Below, piece by piece: positions 13,440 to 24,719 of a stretch of 64,000 bases of DNA; the stretch's first letter is position 1, and every line of letters begins with the position of its first letter. The notes under the pieces were generated by a model. It was not told the DNA's origin. It searched no databases and saw only the letters and a program-made list of their open reading frames with translations. The DNA is from Marsupella aquatica (Eukaryota > Plantae > Marchantiophyta), in assembly GCA_973895155.1 (NCBI GenBank), contig OZ316895.1, positions 618,435 through 682,434 on the forward strand, written 5' to 3'. Position numbers and translations under genes: made by a program.

Positions 13440-16400
13440 CTGTCACAAGCAGTGCAAATTGTCCACCACTTTAGAGGAAATGGTTTTGTGCGGAGAAATT
13501 TAATTCAAAGCCATAGCCTGTTGCGACGAAGTGAAGCTGCTCGAATCAGAGGCTGGGCTAGACAATCCAGAGAAGCAAAGTGCAGATGGCGATCACATAG
13601 AAGCTCAACCATCGAGCTGAGCCACCAAAATCAAGAGCAAGCGACCTAAAGCCATTTTTACAGGGCACGCTGCACAAATCTTCAAATGCAATGTTGGTAC
13701 CTAAATTCAACACAGTAATTAAGAGGCCATGAACGAGATCAGTTTTTGAGCAGGATCCGAGGACAGCTACTGAATAGGAAAGAACCACCAGTGAAAGCCC
13801 TTTTTTGTCCCCAGTTTTGGTCCATTGCTGAGTCCGCCCATGCTACCCACACTAAGGTATCACTTCCAGGATGATATGGTCCAACCCGGAATGGAGAGCA
13901 AAAAATAAAGGTACGGGGGAGCAAGTTCCAACTCACTTGGGGAGAATGATGCGCAGGTAGCAGCAGCGCAAAGTTGTTGCATTGCCATGACCATAAAAAG
14001 AGAAATTCAAGCCTTTGCCTGCGAACGATTCGCAAGTTTCTCAACACACAAGACAGTTGCCGGCTACAACGGGATCCTCCCTCTTTACCGAGGCGCTCTC
14101 ACAGTCACCAACTGGGCTGCAGACGAAAACGGCAATGGCTAGTAATTTCTCTGAGGATTCAATATCCTTAGCACCTGCCTCAGCTCAGCTACTCAATCCA
14201 TCATCCAACCAGCCAATCATTCAAATCCGTCCCTCCTCTGTTCTGTTCGGACGTACGGACCAACAACTGCAACAGCCTGCTGCGCCATCTGCATGAATTC
14301 TGATGAGGTCAATTCCGCAGCCTCCAGAGTCTAAAAAATCCAGCCTAAATTCCAAGGAAGAGTGGCCCAGCTAGTGGAAACGATGCGGGGGAGCATAGAC
14401 CCATAAAACGTGGAAAATTATACAACAGAAGAAGGGGTGGAAATGAACGGGATCCATCTCAACCGAACCATCTCTCGATACTGCAATCTATGCATACAAG
14501 AGAGGACTGTACAGCGAGAGGATGGAGAATGAAGCGACGAGAGCGAAAGAGAAGAATATGCTCAGACAAATTGCAGAGGATGTACCATGAAGTCGCCCAC
14601 TTCAAGCCTTCGAGAGGAGAGCAGTATCTAGCAGTGTCATTGAGGAGGAATGAACTGGTTCAACCATCCTCATTCTCACCATTCCCAGCGCAAAATAGAA
14701 TCCACTCCTGCCCCGTGCGTCAACGTGGCATCCTCCTCCTCCCCATCTCATTCCTGAAGTCGTCCATTCGTTCATTATCTGTCGACGAGCTTTAATTTCA
14801 ATCTCCTGCGAGAAACGTCTGTCTACCTCATGGGATATGCACGATCCAGAGAGACAAAGAGGATGATTCAGCTGTTATTACACAGCTATAGTCATTATGT
14901 GCTACTGCTGCTGATCATAGGACCGCTAAATAACTGTGAGCTACTTACTTTCTGAAAACTGAAACGCCTTCTACATTGCTGGACAGTCTGCCGAATCTGC
15001 CCATTGACACTGCTTACTACTCACTCCACCTCTGGATGGACAACACTGTTTTTTGTGCTTGGATTCTGATCCAAATGGATCTTGCTCACTGGTCGAATGA
15101 TTTCCCTGTCTGTTGTTACCCCTCACCAATTTGGCCCTTCTTGTATACCTTATGGAGAGGTCAACTGAATATATCTTCTCCCAAGGGCACGTGGGTTTGG
15201 TACCCCCCCTTACATAGGCCTCTATTAAACTTGGCATGAAGCTCTTTTGGTGAGTCAAGATTTGTGTCATTATCTTCTTTGTGTCACAAATAGCAGGCCC
15301 TACAGTTCCTCTGTCCAGTCAGATTCTATCCGATGGTCGAAAAGTGGGTGATGCTCTGATTTCTTTGGCCTTGTCTCGCTTTTGTAAATCACCCACTTGT
15401 TCTGTGTTATTTCTCACTTGTGAAGTGAAGTGTGGTTTTCAAAGTGGCTCACGCCTGTGCTTTGTGTCAAACTAGCAATTTACCTGTGTATGCACACAGG
15501 AAAGACTCCCATGCTTTGTATTTCCCATCAATATCATGCCCATATTTCCCATTACTCATAATGCTTATGAGTAAGGAAGGGCATGGGAAATTAAGTATTA
15601 AGTTTTAATATCAAAATTTACTCTAATTTCCATAACTTAAAATATTCTGGTCTATGGTTTCACTCAGCGGAGTAGATTAGGAATGGTAGACTTTGATTAC
15701 GGATTATAGTATAAATAGACTAGCCTAATGTTTGTGCACTGCATAGTATTATCGATAGTAAATGATGCTGAACAAAAGTATTGTCGAGCATACATGAGAT
15801 GGCCAGGCAACCGGACATTGCGGGGAGTTGGCAAGTCGGCGTGGCGACTGGATTTCAAAGAATGTTCAAGTTTTAGGGAGACTGACCAGCTAGGCTTTGT
15901 AAGGGTGGCCACCTTTAGGTCCATCTATTGGTTAGGAAAAGTTGTGACCATAATCAAACAACCAGGGAGGCTTTGTCACTAGTAATGAGAGAGCGGGATG
16001 ACATATTATAGTCTTTAGTGGGCAGATGAAACAATCGTATGAAGCTAGACGTGTTACATTCTGTGTCTCTTGTATCTCTTGGTTTTGCTTGCTCAAAAGA
16101 AAATCTTGCATGGGATGGTTTTCTCTAGCTCTCTCAGTGCTCTGATGCTCTCAATTCAAAACACAAATAGTAAGACTATTATAGGACTTTCATCACTGTC
16201 CTCAAAGGGCTGGCTTTGCCCCAGCTTCCACATCAAAACTCCCTTATCCAATGCATTTTTTGACAACTGGAAGCCTGCAGCAACTAAAATTGTCTTTCCC
16301 CATGATACCAATTGAAATATAGGTGCCTCGTCTGAAATATAGACAGTAGGGGAAACACTGTATACACTTATAGAAGTTTAGGGCTATGAATTTAGGGCAG

Positions 16401-17028
16401 CAAGTGTTGAAGCACATCTATATGGCTAATTAGGCAAGGCCACAACTTCTGGCCAAAATTATGATGAGGCTCATTCCTGGTCAAGGTGCTCGTTCTCTCA
16501 TTCTCTTGTTCATTCGTCGTGCTACTGGTTTTTTTCACTGAGTGTTGCCCGGTGCTCTATACTCTTTTGACAGCTTGGTGCTCTAAGTTGTTTCTTATAT
16601 TTTAGAGTGTTTATTACCCCACAAGTTGTGTGTGATATGGTACCCCCCCTAAGAGTGAGACGCCCAAGATCCTCTCAAGAGATCATGGCATACTCAAGTG
16701 GGCTAGCCTTGGTGTTGCGCTCAAGGCTGCACTGATTGGTATTTCAGCCTTGACTGTGCTCATGGTGCTGTCAGTTTGGTGTTTGTGTTGAGAGACTGAA
16801 CTGCACTCTCTACAATTGATGTTGTAAACTGTGAGGAACCTCAACAATTGTCACTGCAATTTGACCAATAGGTTACAATCCAATACTTGGATTCAAAATT
16901 TGAAGCTACAATAGCCCAGCTCATTCCACTCAATATAGTTCAACATGTTGAACTGAGCTACAATAGCCCAGCTCATTCTCACTTTTTCCACATTCCACTC
17001 ATTAAGGTGCCAGTCTGCTTTGCGAGTT

Positions 17029-17455
17029 GGAATAAAAATTACTAGTAATAGTGAAAATTGGATTCCATAGGTAAGTGGTAATTCTTGAAGGGGCAGTTGT
17101 GATTTAAGGCATTCGGCTCGGTCTCTGGGTGGACAATCCTGTTCAATTCCCTGACAGAGTTTTGAGGAACTCTTACCATGATGCATGCAGGACGAGTAGC
17201 AGGGAAGCAAAATAATCTGTTGTAATATGTGAAAGTCCTCTCGTGGCTCTTGCATTAAGCGGAAAGCCACAACAAGGATTCCAGAACTCACAAAGTTCAA
17301 CCCATAGCAATTTGGGATAAAAATTACTATTAATAGTGAAATTTGGATTCCACAGGTAACTGGTAATTCTTGAAGGGGCAGCTATGGTTTAAGACACTCA
17401 ACTTGGTCTCTGGGTCAACAATCCTGTTCAGTTCTCTGACAGAGTTTTGAGGAAG
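17029..17455. repeat. Direct duplication of ~140 bp (17029-17169 and 17315-17455)
   Basis: ATAAAAATTACTA.TAATAGTGAAA.TTGGATTCCA.AGGTAA.TGGTAATTCTTGAAGGGGCAG...CTGACAGAGTTTTGAGGAA is present twice. Confidence 0.85.
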
Positions 17456-18321
17456 TCAAGCTTGAAGATAAGTGGTTGGGTCTCTTAAGGATAGAACCAC
17501 CTCCCCCCCCCCCCCCACTGCCCCCCAAATAGAAAAATAGCCAACACAGCTGTACCCAAAAAGCCATTTCAATAGGCTATATGTTGGAAACATATAGGAA
17601 ATATTTCTTACACAATGTTTTTCAATAGGCTATATGTTGGAAAAACATTGTGTAAGAAAACATTTCCTGCCATTGCTGGGATTTGGGTTAAATATACACT
17701 TGCATTGTCCTGAAAAGGGGAACAAAAACAAAGAAGAACATAAGGTTTTTTTCCATTAAAAAGGGGTATGAAAGTCATTCTTTAGGGCAATTTTTCTGAT
17801 AAATGTCTTACGGTAGGAAAATGATGGTTTTGGGTTATGCAATATTAAAATTGAGAGAAAAATATTACCATGATTTACTTAGCAATGTAGGAAATTTATA
17901 TACATTTACTATTTAGAACTTACCCTAAAGGATTATCACCACCCTATTTTAAGGATTTTCACCCCTTCTGCTGAAACTAACTTCCTTCAGCCTTTTTTGC
18001 CCCTTTGAGTAAAACATATGTATGGTTAAGGGTGAAAACAAGATGACAAATTACTAGAAATGGTGGAAAGCAATTGAGACAAAAAGTGATGGGGAATTCT
18101 GAAGTAAATCGCTTTTTTGGAAATCGTGGTAACTCGCTGGTAATATTGTTACAAAATTCCACAATAGCTCTTTCAAAAATAAAAAGCTTACATGCAAGCT
18201 TACATGCATTTAGGCCAAATTCAAGGAATGGCAAATTTTTCTTATTTATGCAACTGCGGACAGTCGGAAACTTTTGGCACCCTCCCCCTCTTTCCATGAG
18301 ACTTTAAACCCCAGGCTTTAA

Positions 18322-18664
18322 TGTCGAGCATAGAGGACAATCGCAACGGTAAGCACATGACACATCCAACGATCAAGTAGTCGACACAAGAGATACGTGG
18401 TTCATCTCCTCGAGGCTACGTCCACGAGAACACACAAGAGAGTTTTACTGAACTCTAAGCCCGTCGGCTAAACCAAGTCTCCACAGTGTAAGCTCTCCTC
18501 ATCTCTCAAGTGGCTCTGTAACAATGAGCCTAAGTTCCACTTATTCAAGCAAACACCGCTTGGCATATAGTGTACATCCTAGTTAACCTAACCACGTCTC
18601 CAACTATAGTTAGTCTAAATACGGTTACATGTCGTAACCCTAAACCTTGAGTAAATACCTAACA
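18322..18664 (-). mobile_element. Solo LTR (343 bp) of the copia family
   Basis: TGTCGAGCATAG...AGTAAATACCTAACA, with a perfect 5-bp TSD TTTAA at 18317-18321 and 18665-18669. Confidence 0.92.
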
Positions 18665-19275
18665 TTTAAACCTAACTCTTTTTTTATTAAATAAATCCAA
18701 GCACACATTTCTCAAGTAAAGAAGTTGAACCCTAAACTGTCCAAAGAACTGGATAACCTTGGCAAAGTAGATTACACACCACCTTGTTTCTTTCCGTTTC
18801 TTTTCAATTTCCTTCTAATCTCAGGAAGACTTACATGAAGTAGAAAATGGTTCTACACACCCTCTCCAAGAAAACAACCTAGAGTCAAATGAGCACAATA
18901 CACAGAAGCCCAGAGCACAACACTCGAGGGAAACCATAACATTTCATAGATTGGTCACATCCATTGTTACTTGAGTTGCCTTCAAACCCATATTTTGTGA
19001 CACCCGGTTGCAATTATCCGAGATTGTTGGAAGTCCACAAATCCAACTTTCTGGTCAAGTTTTATTTATTTTCCTGGAAAGCCAAAAGTAGACCCATCCA
19101 ACATAGGATAGACGTTCTACTTTGGAGTATGCAACACTGTAGGGTAGTCCGCAAGGGGGAACCGACGATACCCAAGGATCCGACAGGGACCCAGACCAGG
19201 AGGGAGAGAGGAGCTAGGGGCTGAGGAGAAACCAGGACTCCCACCACTACACCCCACCAACACATACACACACAT

Positions 19276-19619
19276 TGTTGAGCATAGACGACATTCGTAA
19301 CGGCAAGCCCATGAACCATCCAACACACAATAGTCGACACAGAGAGATACGTGGTTCACCTCCACATGAGGCTACTTCCACGGGAACACACAAGAGCTTT
19401 ACTGCACTCTAGGCCGACCGGCCATACCAAGCATCCACAGCACAAGCTCTCCCTATCTCTCAACTAGCTCCGTAACAATGAGCCTAAGTTCCACCAGGGT
19501 CTGGCATCAGCCCTGGCTATATGCACAATAGCACTACCGTTAACATTAGCTAAGTCCTAACCCGAGTTAGACTAACTGTGGTTAGCTCAAGAGTCACAAG
19601 ACTAGAGCAATATCTAACA
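19276..19619 (-). mobile_element. Solo LTR (344 bp) of the copia family, inside the SINE
   Basis: TGTTGAGCATAGACG...TATCTAACA, with a perfect TSD CACAT at 19271-19275 and 19620-19624. Confidence 0.92.
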
Positions 19620-20453
19620 CACATACCCTCCACACGGAAGGGGTGTGGAGGGGGCATTGAACCTAGCACCTCTCAATTCTAGGCTCATCCCCCACTACTA
19701 CACCCCACCCACACATACACACACATACCCTCTACACCCCTTGCGTGTGGAGAGGGATTGAACCTGGCACCTCTTGGTTCTAGGCTCATCCCCTGGCCTG
19801 TTGAGCATAGACGACGATCGCAACGGCAAGCCCATGAACCATCCAACGCACAATAGTCGACACAAGAGATACGTGGTTCACCTCCTTGAGGCTACGTCCA
19901 CGGGAACACACAAGAGAGCTTTACTGAACTCTAAGCCCGTCGGCTATACCGAGTCTCCACAGTGTAAGCTCTCCCTATCTCTCAAGTGGCTCCATAACAA
20001 TGAGCCTTGGTTCTACCTCTCCAAGCACACATGCCTCTTATGATATAGTGTGCAACTTAGTTGTACCTAACCACATAGTTGTACCTAATCACGTAGTTGT
20101 ACCTAACCACATAGTTGTACCTAATCACGTAGTTGTACCTAACCACGTAGTTGTACCAACCCACGTTGTTGTACCAACCACGTCATACCTAACCTAGACG
20201 TAAGAGTAAATACCCAACAATCTTCCCCTTGACTCTGGTCTAGGGGAGAGTAATACTGCCAATGTATATGATCCCTCAGCGGGAAGTTCTGGACAGAAAC
20301 CAAACCGGTTTCCCTCTCTAACTAGAGCAAACCAGAACTAAGCCGTAGCCTAATACATAGGAATGAGGAAGAGCATATATCAGTAATTACAATGAATGTT
20401 TAAGAAAACTCTACTTGTGATGCAATTGCAAAACCTGCAATACGTCACGGTGT

Positions 20454-23400
20454 CTAGAGAAACTCTCCAAAGGAATCACTTTGGTAAAATGCGTCAGCCG
20501 GGTTGAGTTTACCATCAATCTTGACTAGCTCAAACAAATTATCAGACACAGCCTGCCTGATAAAATGGTACCTGACGTCAATGTGCTTCACTCTGCTGTC
20601 CATCACCTGGTTCACAGCAAGGTGGAGCGCACTTTGACTATCACAATGGAGCTTCACATTCCCCTGTGGCAATCCCATTTCAGTGATAAGTCTATCCAAC
20701 CAAATCGCTTCCTTTGCTGCTTCCGCAGCTGCAACATACTCCGCTTCTGTAGTAGACTGAGCAATACACTTCTGCAAAGTAGACCTCCAACTTATGCATC
20801 CACCGCCAAGTGTGAACACGTATCCTGTTGTTGATCTCCTTCGGTCTAAATCTTGTCCATAGTCAGAATCTACATAGCCAATCAATGATCTAGCATTCTT
20901 TGCATTCGCATCAAATAAAAGACCATGATCCACGGTACCCTTCAAGTACCTGATAATCCACTTCACTGCTTCCCAGTGTACCTTCCCTGGATTCGACATG
21001 TACCTACTCACCTTGCCCATAGCCATGGCAAGATCAGGTCTAGTGCAAGTCATCAAATACATGAGACTCCCCACTGCCTTGTCATATGGAACCTTTGACA
21101 TCAACCCCTTCTCTGTGTCATCCGTAGGACAGAACGCTGATGATAACTTGAAGTGTGGAGCCAACGGGGTACTTACTGGCTTGCTATTCTCCATGTTGAA
21201 CCTTGCAATTACCTTCCTCGCATAACTGCTCTGCGTCAACCATAGCTTGCCAGCCTCCAAGTCCCTAGTGATCTCCATACCCAAAATCCTCTTAGCTGGC
21301 CCTAAGTCCTTCATCTTAAACTCTGCACTAAGCAGTGCCTTGAGCTTAACAATCTCAGACCTATCCTTGGCTGCAATTAGCATGTCATCCACATAAAGTA
21401 CTAAAACAATGAACCCAAAGACAACATTCTTCACCGGTTTCAAATACACACAAGGGTCAAATACACTTCTGTGAAAACCTTGTGACCGAATCCAATCGTC
21501 AAACCGCTTGTTCCACTGTCTTGGTGACTGCTTCAACCCATACAAGGATTTCAGCAATCTGCAAACCAATTCCTCCTGTCCTCTCTTCACAAAACCTAGC
21601 GGTTGTCTCATGAAGATCACCTCTTCCAATGTGCCATAGAGGAAAGCTGTGACAACATCCATCTGATCTAGGAGCAGACCAAACATTACAACAAGTACAC
21701 ACAATAGTCGTATTGTAGAGTACTTAGCAACTGGTAAGAAGACCTCATTGTAATCCACACCTTTCTCTTGTGTGAATCCCTTTGCTACCAATCTAGCCTT
21801 GTAGACCTTCGATCCACCTCCTATGGAATTATCCTTCAGCTTGTAAATCCACTTGCTGTCCACCACTTGCTGACCCTTAGGCAGCTTAACAAGCTCCCAA
21901 GTTTTGTTGTCCTTTAGTGACTGCATCTCCGTTTGCATTGCTGCAGTCCACTTCTGCTTCTCTTTTGAAGCACTTGCCTCATGAAATGAAGAAGGTTCTC
22001 CTTCTTCCAAAATTAACGCATCACCCTCATCATCAGCTGTAAAATCATCCTCTTGCAGTTGAGATGAATCAACCCACTGTCCATACCTTGATGGAGCGCG
22101 TACAGTGCGACCAGATGTTCTTCTAGCCGATGACTCCGGTTGATCTGCGTGTGCTGGTACAATTTGAAGCTCAACAGCATCCACTTGTTGCTCACCAGCA
22201 TCAACAAACTCCTCTGGTTCCTCTGGCATAGGAACCAGCTCCATAATTGGAGCAACTCCTTCTCTCCGGTCATGCACCTCATAACCAATCTCCCCCTCAA
22301 CGAGATCCGGGATAGGAGATTTTCCTTTGTCAGTACGGGAGACCTGAGTATTCTCCCCCTCCTTCAATAATCTGGATTCATTGAAGGAAACATCCCTACT
22401 GACAACGAGCTTACAGGCAATAGGATCCCATAGCCTATAGGCTTTCACACCACTCTGGTACCCAAGAAAAACACATTTCCTGGAGGTAGGATCCAACTTG
22501 GTCCTATTCTGCTTTGGTGTGAGAGCATATGCATCACTTCCAAAAATTACCAAGCCATGATAGTCTGCTTGCCGCTTATAGCGCATCTCAAACGGCGTTT
22601 TGAAATTGATAGCACTAGAAGGAGAAAGATTTACCAAATAAGCTGCGGTATTGACAGCTTCTGCCCAAAATTCTTGTGGTAAACCTGATTGGCTCAACAT
22701 ACTCCGTGACCGCTCCAACAGTGTCCGATTGAGCCTCTCAGCGACACCATTCTGCTGCGGAGTATAAACTGTGGTGAGATGGCGAGTTATCCCCTGTTCT
22801 GAACAGTACTCTTCAAATTCCATTGAAGTGTACTCCCCGCCGTTGTCTGACCTCAGACTCTTCACCCTTGTATCCAAACACTTGATCGTGTTTCCAGTCT
22901 GATTCTCCACCTGGGCCTTCCACTTCTTAAAAATGGACAAGACATCAGACTTATGCGTCATGAAATAAATCCACACAAATCTTGAGTAATCATCAATAAA
23001 TGATACATAGTACAACTTTCCAGAGTGTGAGGGAGTCGGGGATGGACCCCACACGTCACTATGTATGTACTCAAGAACCGCTTTGGAACGATGAGTTCCA
23101 ACACCAAAAGCACGATGATGCTGCTTTCCAAGAATGCAATGCTCACAAAACTCTAATTTACAAGATTGCAAATCAGAAATGAGTCCATTCTTCCGTAAGA
23201 TAGCCAAACCCTTCTCACTCATGTGGTCTAGCCGTGAATGCCACAGTTGAGTCATCTCCTCGTGAGACTTGGTTACATTGGCCTCTCCACATACAGTATT
23301 GCCCTGTAACACATACAAATTCTTTTGTCTACTCCCCTTCAAAATCACTGTCTCTCCCGACCTGACTTGAAGTTCACCATCAATAACGCTCCATTGATGA

Positions 23401-23684
23401 CCATTTGAATCCAACACACCGAGTGAAATCAGATTCTTACGCATGCCAGGTACATACCTGACTCCGGACACTGTGCGCACAGCGCCATCAAACATTTGAA
23501 TCTTCACAGACCCAATTCCCTCAATTTGACAGGAGTGATCATTTCCCATCAGAACTGAACCGTTTGAAACAGAGTAAGAACTGAAAAACTCACGAATGTA
23601 ACAAATATGAAAAGAGCAAGCACAATCAAGAATCCACACATCATCTGCTCTCCTAGATGACGTGCACAGGGCATACCCCCGGCT
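20454..23684 (-). pseudogene. Copia pol (protease, integrase, reverse transcriptase, RNase H) with point lesions and a 1-bp frameshift near the C-terminus
   Basis: WILDCACSFH (PR), WHSRL.H, CEHC, SDVWGP, RSDNGGEY, PQQNGVAER, YKARLVAKGF, LYVDDMLI, GYVDSD. NPADAF|TK is broken by an extra T near 20487. Confidence 0.92.
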
Positions 23685-24719
23685 TCATAAAACATACTCA
23701 TCATTGAGTAAATCAGCTTCTCCATCAGCCCTAGCCACATTTGCCGATGAAGTTTCCGCTGCCTTTCCCTTACAGTCTCGCTTGAAGTGTCCAACTTGGT
23801 TGCACTTCCAACATGTCACCTGCCTCCTCTGAGGGGATTTACCCTTGGACTTAGATCTGGATTTAGATCTAAACTGGGTTCTACGGTCCCCAGTTGGTCG
23901 CTGCATACTCCTCCCACGGTTAACATTGAGGGCAGCACCAGATGATGAAGGCTGTGACGTGATGTGCATCTTCTGCTAAAGATCATCACTAAGCAGAGAA
24001 CTTACCACGTCATTGTATGAAATGGTATCCCTATCACGATGCAACAACACTCGTGATAGGGACTGGTAAGATGGAGGCAATGAACTAAGAAGCTGCAGAG
24101 CCTTCGTCTCATCATTCAAAGTCTCCCCAAGGTTTTCCAAGTCAACGACCATGTCGTTGAAAGCATCCACATGGTCTTGCAACTTCGTACCAGATTCCTT
24201 CATCCTGAAACTCATCAGTTTGTAGGAAGTGTAGAGCCGGTTCGACAACTCCTTGCGGTGATACTTGCTCTGCAATTCCGCAAACAAGGACATGCAATCC
24301 TTATGTGCACCTAACTGCTTGATGATGGGAGGCATGAGATAGAGTGTAACACACCACACTCCCTGCTCCTGCATGCGGTCCCATTGTTTCTCATCAACAT
24401 CGTCTTCACGAGGGCTCAGCAGTTGGCCCATCCCTGACGCATAAAGCACTCCCTTCACCTGCTTCTCCCATAGCAAGTAGTCAGAGCGCCCATCATACTT
24501 TGTCACTTCATACTTGGGTCCCCCAAGCTTGAAAGTCCCCATCTTCTTCTTTACCGTGAGCTCCGGTAGTAGTACTGCTTCCTCCACCACACGCCGCACC
24601 GGTGATGGTATCGGTGTCACGTGCTCTTCCTCCTGCTCCTCTCTCTGCCCCTGAAACCTCCGCGGTGATCCTCGTGCTTCAAGTTCCACGTCTTCGAAAA
24701 ACTCCTCCGAATCACTCAT
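23685..24719 (-). pseudogene. Copia gag (UBN2-type, with CCHC zinc knuckle); in-frame TAG at 23976-23978 and terminal TGA at 23685-23687
   Basis: KYDGRSDYLLW, LLSSLPPSY, CWKCNQVGHFKRDC. The two ORFs and pol are all in one reading frame. Confidence 0.9.

Noticed and set aside
16302-16800. Possible further LTR next to a PBS-like TGATACCA (a similar word occurs near 62434)
   Set aside because: Partial PBS match only; no second LTR, TSD or internal domain could be defined.
19774-20197. ORFs inside LTRs and tandem repeats (e.g. VVPNH repeats; also 8325-8807, 25874-26119, 47142-47477)
   Set aside because: By-products of repeat periodicity in non-coding elements.
23976-23978. TAG-CAG as a TMV-type readthrough signal within gag
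   Set aside because: The context TAG CAG AAG does not fit CARYYA and lies mid-Gag; a CAG-to-TAG transition is the simpler explanation.
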